NCBI RefSeq assembly: GCF_036321535.1
Contig: NC_087472.1
Coordinates: 92,320,001 to 92,384,000, forward strand
Source: Camelus dromedarius
Lineage: Eukaryota
Length of the DNA stretch: 64,000 nt
Direction of reading: 5' to 3'
Shown: positions 27,038 through 41,092 of the stretch, one piece after another
How positions within the stretch are numbered: the stretch's first letter is position 1
How the letters are laid out: each line of letters begins with the position of its first letter
Position numbers and translations under genes: made by a program
The notes under the pieces: model-generated
What the model saw: the letters and a program-made list of their open reading frames with translations, nothing else
What the model was told of the DNA's origin: nothing
Databases searched by the model: none

Positions 27038-30000
27038 CCCTGTAGTTGGGTGTTGCTCTAAACCCTCCATTAAACTTCCTCACACCCTGCTGCCAAATGA
27101 ACTCCCTAAAACTCAAATCTGATTTTGTCATCCATCTGCTTATATTCCTTCACTGGCTGTCTTATCTTTTAGTAATAGGTTTTACCTCTTCAGTTTTGCA
27201 CCCAAGTCCATGAACTGATCACTTCCTACTTCCACAGCTATATCTCAGAATAACCCAAGTCACACACACTTGGCTATAGTCATAGACAATCAGAAGGCAT
27301 GTATAATGATTCTAGCCTTATACTATTTTCCACCTAGGATCTCCTCAAAACATCATTTTTATCCAAGTTTTACTCCTGTGTCAGAATTCAACACTTACAT
27401 CTTCATGAAGGCTCTCTGATTCTTATTCAAAATTACATGCCTCATCTAAATACCCACTATACTCTGTTCTTTCCTTTCTCATAATCTTTGTCATATTAGA
27501 CATCAATTGTTGACTTAATTTTATTCTTCAGAAGACTATAAGACTTTGAGGATAAGGACTTGCCTTCAATTACTAGCCATTGCGTGGCCAAGAAGAGCTC
27601 TCAAAAGACTGTTCAATAATTCTATGGATGACTAAATATCCGGAATAATTTTCTCTATGGTGTTTAGGCCATCCTGGATCACTGTCTTCATCTCCTAAGA
27701 AAAAATAAAACTCCTGAGCCTGGTATTCTCTCCACAGATACTTCTCAAATCTGTCCACAAGCTTCCTTTCGAGATTCTTCTGTATCCTCCCCTGCAACAC
27801 CGTTCACTCTTCACTCTGGCCACATACACCTGTTGTTCTTCCCTTCTCACAGCACCTTTTCCCAAATCACCATGTCTGGCACAGTGCTACTGCCACTGTC
27901 TGAAATAAAATGCCCTTTCCATTCCTCTATCAAGAAAAATCTATTTCATGTAGCCTTCAGGCACCCTGTTCTATATATCCATCCCTGAATCTTCCTGGCA
28001 ATAACACTTGGTCACCAGATCTCTAACAACATTTGCCATACAGTGATACAGGTAATTCTTCACAAGTCTGTCTTCCCTGGTTTACTGTGGTATCTTCAAG
28101 CCAATTTGTGTCTTGTTCCTTTTTCTTTTTACCCTCAGACAAAAATGCAGGTCTGATGCTTAGAAGATGTTCAATAAACTGTTGAAAATACAAATAAAAG
28201 AGAACAATATTCCAGTTGAATTGCATATATTAAAAAGTATATGGACGTGTTTATATATATATATGTTATGTCTGTGTGAATATTGTCTAAATAACTTAAA
28301 TGTTAATATTGATAAACAATCAGAACATATTTAGCCTGATATGTGATGATCAGATACAAGCAAGGAATCAATTTTAAACAAAATGAGAGATATCCTGTGG
28401 AAAATAATATTTTTATGTGCGCACCAGAGAAAGGGTCTGGCGCAGTGGACATAAATCTCATCTAACAGGAAAGTAATTCCAAAGGTAATGATTAAAGCCT
28501 GTAATGATAAAAATACCTTGAGTCCTTTATCTTGTAAAGGCACCAATAAAAACTATAATTCTTTTAAGATCAGAGGTCTAGTTACTGCCAAGAGCAAACA
28601 AATCTACAGGCCTCACACTGAAACAAAAGTGGTAATTCAGAGCTGCCAATTTTAAAGCCTCGTTAAACCAGAGAAGCCACAAACAACTCTTGCTGATGAG
28701 GAAATTATGGCAATTACCAAAATTGTCAAGGGAAAGGTATGACAATATATAAAATTTTCATGGCTTGACTTTAAGATCAGAAATTAATATTCATGATGAA
28801 TATCATAGTCAAGGACACAGAGCTTTGCACTCTAGAATTAAAGGTCTTAAATTCTAATTTTAGAGTAGTCATTAAGTACTGTTTAGACAAACAAAAATGT
28901 TATTTCCTCCAGGGGGGCTATTAGGGTAAAAAGAGAGCTGTCATAGTCACCTAATTAATGAAAACAACATTCAGAGATCAAAAAAGTTTGATATTTTCAA
29001 ATCTTTACTTTTTAAACCAAAGCCTTTGAATAGATATCCACAGTGGCAATTTTCATTAGAAGTACAATTACTTGGAAATTTCAATTAAGGAGCTAGAACA
29101 TTTTCATTCTTTTGTACATGATACCTAGATGGGATTTCTATATCATGTCAACAAGTTTAACACACAGGCTGTTACTCTGCACACTACTGGTTTCCTTAAT
29201 TAAGAAGTTTTCAGAAAGCTGAATAATCTGCAGAACTCATTCATTTGAAGATCACAGCAGTGGAATCTGGAAGGTACCTTGCTGTGTCTTTACTGCCTCT
29301 GATCCCATTTGTAAATTAAATTTAGATGAAGAGGTAAATTGTCTTTGTAAAAAAATTAACTACAGGGTACATCTTTAACATATTAGAAGGAAGAGGCATC
29401 CTTTATATTCAATCATGACTTCATGCTGGGTGCTATGACAGGTGCTTAGTATCCTCCATCAAGAAACTTTATATTCTTAGGATTTTATAAAGCACTTTGT
29501 CCCTGAATTTGTATGGGATATAATTCTCTTAAAAGGATTGCTATTACCTGAGTATAAATTCTCAAACAATGTGGGTAAGAAAAACCTGGATGCATGTTGA
29601 ACTGTTAGATTCCCATCTTTTGTTTCCCCAGAAATTCTAATTCAATAGGTATGTGGTAGGATCCAGGATTTTTTTTAAACTAGCACCTCTAGTGATTTTA
29701 AAAATCTACTTATACATCAGATTATAATTTGAGAAACAATGAGCAGCAGTTTTCAAGGGTTTTTGAGGGGGGGGGAATCCCCTTAAAACTTTTTAGAAAA
29801 ATCCTGAGTGTTTTAAGTTGACATCTATTTTTTGTAAGTTTAAAGAAGTTTGTTAATAGGAGGGAGAAAATATTAAATACTAGAAATATGAAAGAAGATA
29901 ATTGAAATAATGCTTTATGACATGACTTCATGAAACAGACTTTTTCAGAAAACTCTTTTTAGGGGGTAGTAATGCGCATCAAATATGAAGAAAAACAAAT

Positions 30001-31075
30001 AAAATTTACCCCTGGGTTTTATCAATTGCATCTTGAAAATAAGTTACCTCTATAAAACATTCCAATTACATTTAATTCAGTATCACTACTATATATTGCT
30101 TTGGCTATTCTGAATTAAGAGTATATCAACTTGGATTAAACTTCAAACATATTAGAAATACTGTAAGACAGGCAGAAGAAAAAGATCTCTGACTTTAAGT
30201 GGCCTTGACTTTTCAAACTAATATTTCAGACTATCCCTTTGTTTGGCACCTAAGTCCTTTGAGCATCCAATATATCATAATGCAATTTCACTTTTTTAAA
30301 CTGAAAGGAGGGCTATTTTATCAGGCAATTTTATACAAGAGTATACATACGGAAGTTGAGATTCTAAAGATGAATTCCCTACCAACTACCTTTGTGGAAC
30401 ACCTGTTGGAAATTCTCTGTGTAACCCCAGAAACATTTGGATTTCAGTTAGAAGACTGCAGCCTTTGAGGTTGAGCCTATACACAAAATGGGCTAGGTTG
30501 GCCTGTTAGCTGATCTTAAGGCATCCTACTCTTTTCCTTCTTAAAAGACAGAGCACAAGTAATTACTGCATGAAAGGCTCTTTTCCAAAATAGACTTCCT
30601 GTCTAGTCTAGGAAGATCCTAGTCTGTCTTACATCACTGTTGTGCTCCCAATGGCTAGGCCAGTGGCTGCTGTAGAGCAGATGCTTAACAATCTACTAGA
30701 AAAGTCATTCAATTTAGAATGAATACAGTGTCAAAAGTTCCCAGACAATTCAATCATATCAAATTAGATGCAACCAATTCCAAAACTTTTTTCAGTAACA
30801 GAAATAATATCCTTATTTTAGTGTAAATTAATGGCTAGTTTACCCTTTAGTGGATTAGTTTACAGGGTCAAGACCAGAAAGACAGCCTAAGCCTCTAAAT
30901 AAGGATAAATCGAGTGAAAATTTGCTGCCAGATTACCGTAATCATTCTTCAAATACAATGCCATCAAAATTAATTGAAATGATAATTGTGTATAAACCTT
31001 ACTTATTTGAAGCAAATAGAAGAAGTGTCCCTGGAATATCAAAAAAAATAAGTAAATTATAAAATCTTGCTTACC

Positions 31076-31200
31076 CTTTATTGGGGAATAATTTCCAAAT
31101 ATAATTATATACATTTAAAGTGTACAATGTGATGATCTGACATACCTATGCATTGTGGAATGATTACCAATGTCAAGATAATTAATATATCCATCACCTA
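31076..31200 (-). mobile_element. L1MA-like 3' end fragment
   Basis: tatatacatttaaagtgtacaatgtgatgatctgacatac...atatatccatcacct. Confidence 0.75.
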
Positions 31201-32536
31201 AAAATAAAATATTTTAAATGAATTTTTATAAGCATTGGTGATTATGGAATCAGTGGATCCAGTTTGATATTCAGGATTTTTAAATATTAGTTTTGTAATC
31301 TAATCTTTCCACATCTACAATAAATGATTCTAAGCTAAATGGAAATGCATAGTATAAACATATTATAGGAAAGAGCCAATAATTGATGTTACTATTTCAA
31401 AACAAAGGCTAACATCCACATGTGGCTATTTAAAATTAAATAATATTTAAAACTCAGTCCTTCTGCTGCACTAGGACCGTGGAGTGATCTTGTGAATGGA
31501 AGCCACATGCTAAGCATTGCAGCCTGGCTTTGACAAACCTTGAAACTATCATACACGTTCAGGAATGCCTATCTTATAGCTGCTTTCTATGAGAGAATAA
31601 ACGATCTTGCTTAAGTCACTTTTCTATAATATGAAGGGTAATTAATGATGTGATACTGCTTTAAAATGGTGTTTTCATTTCTTTTTATTTTTTCTTTTTT
31701 GCTTTTAGGACAATACAAGACATTTTCCTGAAACCTCTGGATCATACTTCAAATGCTACTCATTCACTCCAAAACTCTGACTCTTTTACAGGATTGTCTT
31801 TTATAACTTTCGTGGGAGAAAATGGATCGTTCCAGATCTGTAATTGTGAGATATAATGAAATCAGTTAAATGCCTATTCAATGCCTTCTTTTAAGTTTTT
31901 GTTTTATAGTCTCAGATTCTAGATCATGAAACAGTTACGGAGACCTGCCTGAAAGCCAGACACCACTGTAAAACCTGCATAAATCAAGGCCACAGCAACT
32001 GATGTGAAAAGTTTTACTGAACCTTCAACTAAGATTTAGGGATGACGAATATAAGAAGTTTGTATGCATCCTAATCAGAGTAAGTTGGTTGTCTGTTTCC
32101 TGAGTAGTGAGAAATGTTCTGGGAACCACAATTAGAAATAGATGAAAGAGCAGGGATTTGGCCAACCAATTCTTCTTCAGGAATGTTGATGAGGTAACTC
32201 TATAATTGCTTGTGAGTGTGACTTATCAGATCAGAGGGAGTAGCTACTGAGAGCAGGATGCACATGTATGTGTTAGGGGTAGGTACTGCAAATACTAATA
32301 TTTCTTAATCCTTTCAGAAGAAGGCAGACTGCGGAAATTAAAAAAAGAGAAAGTTGTTCAAGAATATGCATTACTCATTCAGCAAATATGGATAGAGAGT
32401 TTACCATGTGCAAAACAAAAATAGTATATTGAGTCATTTCAGGATATGTGGAGGGATGCTTCTTGGCTGTGCCAAAAATGGCTACTGATTTCCCCTCAAT
32501 ATCTGTTTCCCCTTCTTCCTCAATATAACAGATACC

Positions 32537-32866
32537 TTTAGTATCCCACTCAGAATTTCCTCACCAGCTGTGGTACCCATACCTCAGCTGCTGTGAGCAC
32601 TGACTGGTGAAAGCTCACACCGGTACCCTTTCCTAGAGTATTGTATTAGCATGACAAGAGCCACCTGGATAGAGGTGTACACGCAGTCAGACCCCGTCCC
32701 CTTGCTTCAAGGCAGGATACATTCTGTGGTGCAATATGTTCCATGGCTCCCTGTGGGATCAGACTGAGTCTAGACTTCTGAAAACACATCGTTTCCTGGC
32801 TCCCTCCAGATCACTTGCACAAGAATCCCTGCCTTGGGCTTTTCTTCTAGAGAAATGAGTTTAAGA
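32537..32866 (+). mobile_element. ERVL LTR (LTR16A-like) inserted in an MLT1 LTR
   Basis: ctcagctgctgtgagcactgactgg...cccttgcttcaaggcaggat...ctccctgtgggatcagactgag...cacttgcacaagaatccctgcctt. Confidence 0.7.
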
Positions 32867-33283
32867 TCCTCAATAATAAACCACTTATATTATTATCAAG
32901 CATATGGGTACTAATCATAAAAACTACATATCCCAGCCACCACTACAGTTTGATGCAATTACACGAAGAAGTTTTGACCAATGAGATGTAAGGAAAAATG
33001 ACATATTTAATCTCTGGGATTTGTTCTTCAAAATGGAAAGGACCATGTTCTTTGTTCCTTTCTTTATGTATTACTGTTTATAATAACATGGATATGGTGG
33101 ATAGAGCTTTATCTTGGAAAATAAAGTTGGGGACCATACCCCAGGGAGAAAAGAGCGGGGATAGAGAACAAACCTGAGGCTTAGACAATTGATAATTAGG
33201 CTGATATCATACAAGCTCTGAACTGCCTTCATCTGGACTTTTCTTGGAGCAAAAAGCTTCTCTTGTGTAAGGCATATGATTCA

Positions 33284-33914
33284 TTTTTTAAATTGAAATA
33301 TAGTCAGTTTATAATGTGTCAATTTCTGGTGTACAGCATAATGTGTCAGCCATACATATACATACATATATTCATTTTCATATTCTTTTTCATTATAAGT
33401 TACTACAAGATATTGAATAAAGTTCCCTGTGCTATACAGAATAAACTTGTTGTTTATCTATTTTATATACAGTAGTTAGTATCTGCAAACCTCAAACTCC
33501 CAATTTATCCCTTCCCTGGTAACCATGTTTGCTTACTGTGTCTGTGAGTCTGTTTATGTTTTGTAGATAAGTTCATTTGTGTCTTCTTTTTTTTTTAGAT
33601 TCCACATATGAATGATATCATATGGTATTTTTCTTCTCTTTCTGGCTGACTTCATTCAGAATGACGACCTCTAGGTCCATCCATGTTGCTGCAAATGGCA
33701 TTATTTTATTATTTTTTATGACTGAATAGTATTCCATTGTGTATATACACCACAACTTCTTTATCCAGTCATCCATCGATGGGCATTTAGGTTGTTTCCA
33801 TGTCTTGGCTATTGTATATAGTGCTGCTATGAACGCTGGGGTATATGTATCTTTTTTAATTAGAGTTCCCTCTGGATATATGCCTGGGAGTGGGATTGTG
33901 CGATCATATGGTAA
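33284..33914 (-). mobile_element. 5'-truncated L1 (ORF2 end plus 3'UTR) of the same young lineage
   Basis: Minus-strand ORF PAFIAALYTIAKTWKQPKCPSMDDWIKKLWCIYTMEYYS...; the 3'UTR is homologous to 13482-13800; degenerate TSD beginning GTAAGGCA at 33267 and 33911. Confidence 0.93.
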
Positions 33915-34835
33915 GGCACTATTACTTTTAAGATTCTTGTTATGCACAATAGCCTGTCCCCAAACTTGACAACTGAATAAAACATTTTTCTTTGCTCAGA
34001 TCTCAATGGTAATGTATGTATAATAAGAGATGCAAAAATGAACAAGATGTTACATCTCTGCCCTTAAGAAGCTGATGGTCTAAAGGAAAAGAAATTTGAA
34101 TACAGTATGGACTTTAGCTAATTTTTTAAAAAGAATAACAAGTAGACTATCATAGAACCTAGAAAGAACCCCAGACTTCTTTCTTTATTTAGTCAAATGC
34201 TGTGTAAAGGAGTAATGATGGGTAATTCTATTTAAGGGTTTCCTAGAGTAACAGCTTAAAGTCAAGACAATTTGATTTCTCAAGACTCTGATAATTTTTG
34301 GTAAAAAAGTTTAGGTTTATACAAGAAAAGCATTAATATGTGACTTTTACTATTTTTTCCTTTTATTTGTTTCCCATAGCAACATTCAATCAGGCTCTCA
34401 ATATCCAATCAAGCACCATCTCTAATGTATTTTTAACTTCCAAAGCGATCTTGAATCTTTTTTTCTTTGCTATTCCTACCATTAATACTCTAACCACAGT
34501 CCCCATCACTTCAAGCCTTAATCATTGCAAAAACTCCTTGCCTGTTTTCCATGTTTCAATTTCCATAAACATTCATACACTTGCTGCAAGATAGTTCCAG
34601 GAAAACTGCTTTAGATTTCTATCCCTTGCTTTATACTTACCTGCCATTTATGTCTTAGCATCTGTATTACCATTCTTTACAGCCCTCCCTCTCACCAACA
34701 TCCACAAAACCCCATTCTCCAACAAAACTGATCTAGTCACTCTATCAGGAATAGACTTTTTTTTTTTCTGTTAATAGCAAAAGCAGTTTCTACTGCTGGC
34801 TTAACTATTTGCAGTTTGCAAGGCATCTTCTAGAT

Positions 34836-35020
34836 CAGGGGTCAACAAACTTCGGCAAATAAAGTTTTACTGGCGCACCTGTGCGCCCATTGCTTTATTA
34901 TTGTCTGTGGCTCTGTCCCGCTACAACCGCAGAGTTGAATGGTTGCCATAGAGACTATATGGCCTTGCTAATCCTAAAATTTTTACCATCTGGCTCTTCA
35001 TAGAAAGTTTACCAACTCTT
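34836..35020. mobile_element. hAT-Charlie MITE (MER58A-like)
   Basis: CAGGGGTCAACAAACTT...AAGTTTACCAACTCTT inverted ends; 8-bp TSD TTCTAGAT / TTGTAGAT. Confidence 0.85.
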
Positions 35021-37159
35021 TTGTAGATCATTATTTAATTTTTCTTGTCCTAGTCTTCAAATCACAGGCCCTTCTAAGAACATCAGTTCCTTTAAGGTCT
35101 TCTCTATATCCATTGAGGTTACTTTTCCTATTTTTTTTTTTTAACTTGGGAATCGCATACAAATTTAGACTTAGAAAGAGCCTTGTATAATTATAGCTTC
35201 ACATTCAACTTTTTCACTTATCTTAAACTTTGTTGATCAGCTGCTGTTACTTTATTGGGCCTGTTCTCTTAATCTTTGTTTACTGTGCCAACATTAGCAG
35301 TTAGCTTTTTTTTTGAGAAATTTTTTTTTACAAATGGAGAATAATAATGACAGTACAATAGTATAAATATCAATAGTCTTGCTGAAATGTCACTGGTCTC
35401 GATGCCTGGCACAGATATTATTGTTTGCAATTTAAAAACTTCCTCACAGTAATTACCAATTATGTCATATTATAGATCTTCAGTGTTTGTGAAATATTAT
35501 AAATACACATGTTACAGCCATGACTGAAAAGGGCTCACAGTGATTCATTTTACCTAAAATGGAAAAAAAAAGGATACATAAGAACTCAGAATTAAACTTT
35601 ATGTACTTAATTGTTTTACAAATATTTCTTTTTTTCAGTAGCCTACCTATTACGTATTAGTTTGATACTTTTTGGAGAAAACTGATGTCTCTCTTCCCTG
35701 CATATGATACTATTGATTTCAAAGAGTTTTCAATGTTTTCTCTCTTATAGGACTTGGAAAGATAAGACAAACCTTTTCCTAATCCAGCGATCTAAGAAAC
35801 TACCCCATCATCACTTGAGCAGAATTTATTTCCTCTACTTATTAGTATTAAAAAATGGTTGTTACGTTAAAGACATGTATTTGCAGGATGATAAAATAAG
35901 TCAGTAAACTGAATAGACAATTCACACAGCTCTAGGCTTTCACTTCCAACAGTTGGGTTTGTTGTTTCTGAAAAGAAAGCACTCAGAAAGACATCCATCT
36001 GGTTAATCATTGCCCGAGACAAAAATAGCTGGATCCTTTAGAAAATGCCTTCAGGTCTCAGACAATGGAAAGAAGGGTAAACTTTAGTATCTGTTCTAAG
36101 TTGATCTACCACTTCAGCATGTTCACCAAGCATTATCAGAAGTATGCAACTGGAAATTCTCTTTAAAGCCTATTATGGCAAGAAACACGTTCCCACCAAA
36201 AAATTATATAAAGAGTACCTGATATGCAGTTTTACATTTTCAATTTATCATTCATAAAGACACCGCATCCGGACTTGAAACCTTGTTTTAAAGACTTTCA
36301 GTTGAATATGGATTTTTTAAAGGACTACCTTATGTAGGTTTAATTGCATTTTTATAACCTATAAATTACAGTTGATACTCTCAAAGGTACCCTCTGGTTT
36401 CAATTAAGAGAGGCAGTTTAACAATTAGGAGTCTAAAACTGTGAAACTACTTTAGGTCTTTGAAACACCTATGTATATGATCATTAAGATTTCTGGCTAG
36501 GATATAAAACATTTATAGGGCATTTTCCCTGAACAAATGAAGACTCCTTGGGGCATAAATGTCTAAGACTTTCTGAAACGATGCTGACATTATTTATACT
36601 TTGATCCAAGAATGACTTGATTTTTAAGCAATAATCACATACAATAACAATAAATACTAAAATTACATTCACATATATAAAATACAGATTAAAATTAATG
36701 ACTTAAATTATTTCTACTACACTTATAGATGGTACTTGTGGGTCTTTTAGGCCTAACATATTATTACTGTTTAGTTCCACCTGGTGATAGTGAGGGTATA
36801 TTGCAAGGAGAGAGTGAAACAGTGTTCTGGAAGAGCAGAAGTCATGATGGTGGATAAGCAGTTCATAACTGCTGTTAGTTTCAGACAAGAGATGTCATAA
36901 GAAATTGATTTATTTTATTTTCTCATGGAAAATGATAGCAATCAGAAAATGGTGTCATTTTGGCTATCCCAGTGTTTTCCACAAGACATTCTAAGAACAC
37001 TAACACCAATCAGGAATTATTTTATTCAGTAACTATTTTGTGGGTGCATTCCCAATGAAAACACTATCTCACATTGATTCTGAGGGGAAATCTTACCAGT
37101 GAAAATAAATTTGGGATACAATGCATACTCTTCCATCCAAAGAAGTTTGCTTAAAAGGT

Positions 37160-38451
37160 CTTCGAGGAAAACCCTAAGATACTTAGCTATGAGGATGTAG
37201 GAAGCATACCCTAAGACTACCTAAGCAAAGGGGTATCTAAGAATCTGGTGGGGAAAAAAGACATATTCATCTGCCTGAGAGTTTCAAGCATGATTTTCCA
37301 GAGGAAACCAGCACAGACACCTTGGCAGTGCTTTGAAAACTGAAATAAACTTTTGTCAAAAAAAAAAAAAAACAAAAAAAGGAATCTGGTGCATTGTCTT
37401 CCAGCAGGCTGACTTGAAAGTAGAGAGGTATCTGTCTTAAAGATATTTGTGGGTGTGGCCTCTGCTTAAAGGATTGGATTACAATTTAATACATAAAAGG
37501 CTCAGAGCATTTTAAGAAATCAAACTAGCTTGTTGCTAAAATTCAAATTAAAAAGAGGCCTCTGGGCCCTTAACTTTCCCTGGAAAAGAAGAGGATAGAC
37601 CCAAGAGCCACAGAGAATCACTATCAGTAAGCAGAACTGGGCCCTAATCAAAACGCTGGCGTGCCCAGCCAGACCTTAGAATTACTAAGGGCCAGTGACT
37701 ACTCTGCATCTCCCACATATTTCAAATGAGATTATTTAGTTTAGCTATATTATCCTTGTCTGACCACAGTATGCTGGGTGTGTAAGGGTAAGATAACAAG
37801 TCTTTTTAGCTCACAGAACTCTGGATCCAGAGGAGCCACTTCTAAGCAATTGTATTCCAGGAACTAAGCATAAAGAGCCTCTTTTACATCTACATAATGA
37901 GATCCTGAACTTCTAGCCTGATCTTGATGCCATGATAAGACCTCAGGGGTCTTAGGAATGCAGTGAGTGTACTTTGCATGGGAGAAGGGCATGAATTACT
38001 AGCAACCAAAGAGCAGAGTCTGTTTTGCTGTTATTTTAATGGTCCCATCAATGAACCACACCATATGGTATTCAAGCTCTTGTAAAATCTTGAATCCATT
38101 AGCTCTAGACTTGGCTAATGGGACGTTAGAAAGCATGATGCAACTTGATGGTTGACAAGTAGCCAAACATTCTGAGTTGCCATATAAAAAGTATGGCTAT
38201 CCTGCGGGAGAGACAGTTGAAAAGACCACACAGAGAAAGGGAGACCCCGAGAATTCATGCAGAGAGACAGGCTCAGACAACCTTGCATCCTAGTTGATTC
38301 CAGCCTGTGACTATGGCTAAAATCAGTAGAAGAACCAGCCAGGTTAAGTTCAGCCCACACTGTAGAATCATGTGTAAATAAATCCGCTGCTATTTTAAAA
38401 CACTTTATTTGGGAGGGGGGGTGTTTTCCCCCACAATAGATAACCGAAACA
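37160..38451 (+). mobile_element. MaLR remnant: 3' internal sequence (~37160-38020) plus LTR (38021-38451, MLT1F/G/H-like)
   Basis: Internal motifs (gataacaagtctttttagctcacag; gatcctgaacttctagcctga; gtgagtgtactttgcatgggagaagggcatgaatt), a purine-rich stretch, then TG...caatagataaccgaaaCA. Confidence 0.75.
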
Positions 38452-39656
38452 ATTATCTTTGGAGCAATCTGGGAAAAGTAGAAAGATGATAAACATATAG
38501 TGGATCTTCTTCAAGAAATAGCTATGTATTATTTAGATAGGCAGTGAAAAAAATGGAATTTCAGATGAAGGAATAAAAAGAGTAGGGAAAACTCATACCT
38601 TAATCTGCAAACAGCAGGCAGGATGGTGAGAACATAGCACAAAGTGCCTATGGAGACAAACACCCAGGATGTGTCTAAAATGAAAGGTTAAGCTGGGTTG
38701 TAAAGGGACATGTATGCCAAAGTCCTTGGACTTCATTTTGATGGGTAATAGGATCCGTTAAAGACTTTTAGGTAGAGAAATGAAATAATATCTTTATTGT
38801 GGACATATAATTCCACAGTGCTGTCAAATACTAACTACAATAGGAAAAACTTGGAGGCAGAGAAACCACTTAAGAGGACACTGCACTCACTTGGAGAGTG
38901 GAAATTGACAAGAGCAACAAAGAATAAATTTAAAAGACATTTTTAAGATAGATTGGGCAGGTCTTAGTACCAATTAAGGCAAGGTAAAGGACATTAAGGA
39001 AACAATGATAAATGATAATTTTCTAGCTAGTGTTACTGGAATGATAGTGATTCTATTCATCAAAAAGAAGGGAACATCTCAGGATGAGATAGCTTTGCTG
39101 AGGTAGGCATCAGAATAGATTCTGGTACATGTTGAAGTCAGTATGTCTCTTGGACGAATAGGAAAAGGGGACTATCAGGAAATTGAAAATATACTTCTGG
39201 TGCTTGTGAAAATTTCTGGAATTATTTTTGAGTCATTAATAAATACTTATTAAGTGAAGCTACTGTAATAAATAAGACAGATCAGGGAGCAGTGATTCAC
39301 AAGCTGACTGCACAGTAGAATCATCTGTTATCTGGATTTTTAACTGATATGAGGTGGTAGACAGGCATCAGTAATTTTTAAAAGCTCCCAAGTTAATTCA
39401 AATACGCAGCCAAAGCTGAGAGCAACTCATGGAGAAGGATAAAGGGAAAGAGTTGATAACAAAATTCTGGTAAAGACTAGGATTTTAGGAAAATTCAAAG
39501 AAAGGGATTGCAAGGAAATTTACTAAGTTATCTGTCAGAGACCTAAGAATAGAGTGGTAAAGATCAGTGATAAAATGAAGAGAGATCCAGATCTGGCAAT
39601 TTGTTCTTTGGCCCTTGCAAGTAAAAATTTAATAGAGTAGCAAATAAGTCAAACTA

Positions 39657-40741
39657 TCTTTCATCACCTTCACTCTACTATTAACCCCTCCCAATGAGTT
39701 TTTATTTTGGTAATTATATTTTTCAGTTCCATAATTTCCATATGTTTGTCTTTTATAACTTATATTTCTTTGCTGAGATTTTCCATTTTTTTTCTATCTG
39801 TTTCAGGAGATTTTGTAGTTACTTGCTGAAGTATTTTTATGATGGCTGCTTTCAAATCCTTTTCAGATACATCTCAGTGTTGGTATCTGTTGACTGTCTT
39901 TTCTCATTAATCTTGCAATTTTCCTGACTCATGGTAAGACCAGTGAGTAATTTTTTTTACTGTATCCTGAACATTTTAGATACTAGAATTTGGATCCTAT
40001 TTAATCTTTTTTTTTTTAGTGCAGGCAATCCTCCAGTTGAAATGTAACATGAGGGCAGAATGGATATGTAAGGTTAGCCTCCTCCTCAGCCATGCTGACA
40101 TCTTTCTGGTGAAAGTGTGGTGTTGACACACATTGTCTTGTTGCCTCCACCCAGGGAGTAAGCTCACTCCCAACTGGGCCTCACTGACACCAGGGGAGGG
40201 AAGGTGGCAAACTGGATGCCAACTAGCTCTACCTCCCACCACCTAGTCCTGCTTTGTTGAAGGTGGAAGCTTTGCTCCCCACTGAGCCTCAATGATACTG
40301 GGGAAGCGGAGTGAAGCCTTGCAGTGACTGGCTCTGCCTCACAGTGCCTCATAGATTCTCATTGCTGCCAGGTGGGTGTAGAGGCTCAGGTGGCTACTAG
40401 GCCTTACTGACACTTGTCTTGCAGGGGAATATAATTCCTGCCTAGATCCTCTGGGTGAAGGTTGGAAGATCAGACCCTGACTCATGTGTGCTGATTCTAC
40501 CACAGCATGGGCATCATATTACTGCTGTCTGCTTCTGCCAGGCAAGGCCCCGCCAACATCATCTGGCAGGACAATTGGAGCACTGTGGTCATGCCATTCC
40601 TCAAGTCCCGAGGTCCTTGGACAAGTCCTTCTTTTCTGCCTTTCAACACTTGCTATGCTTGTCTGTTGTATTATATTCAGCCTTTCCAGTTGTAAGGGGG
40701 AGGACTCGGAGGAATACAGCTACTCCATCTTGGCAGAACCC
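39657..40741 (-). mobile_element. Old L1M 5' end (5'UTR plus degenerate ORF1 start)
   Basis: Minus strand starts GGTTCTGCCAAGATGGAGTAG (L1 5' motif); T-rich antisense ORF1-like sequence at 39660-39930. Confidence 0.65.
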
Positions 40742-41092
40742 CATTGTATTTTAAACTGTGATCACAGTATCTCTAACAATTTATCGCACACTTATTTTCT
40801 CTTATGCAAATGACTTGAAGGCAAAAAAGTGTTTTTTTAAGTCTTTGTAATCCTAGTATTAGTATAATACTTAATGACCAGTAGCTGTTTCTTACATGGA
40901 TGACTGACTAAATGGATTTAACTGAGTACCTTTTGCTTAATGTGTACTTTCAATGAGAAAGAAAAATTATTTAGTCTCTAAAGAGAAAAATCAAGATTTG
41001 GACAAAGGAACTAGATACTAGATAAAACACATTACATATATACATATACATCATTTGAAAAAATATTTTAGAAAAAAATTAACACACAAATA

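Larger units (their letters stand above)
32468..33955 (+). mobile_element. Old MLT1 (J/K/L-like) LTR split by the LTR16 and L1 insertions
   Basis: ccccttcttcctc...; aaaactacatatcccagcc...gaccaatgagatgtaagg; tctggacttt...tcttgtgtaaggca[L1]ctattac...ttgttat. Confidence 0.65.
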
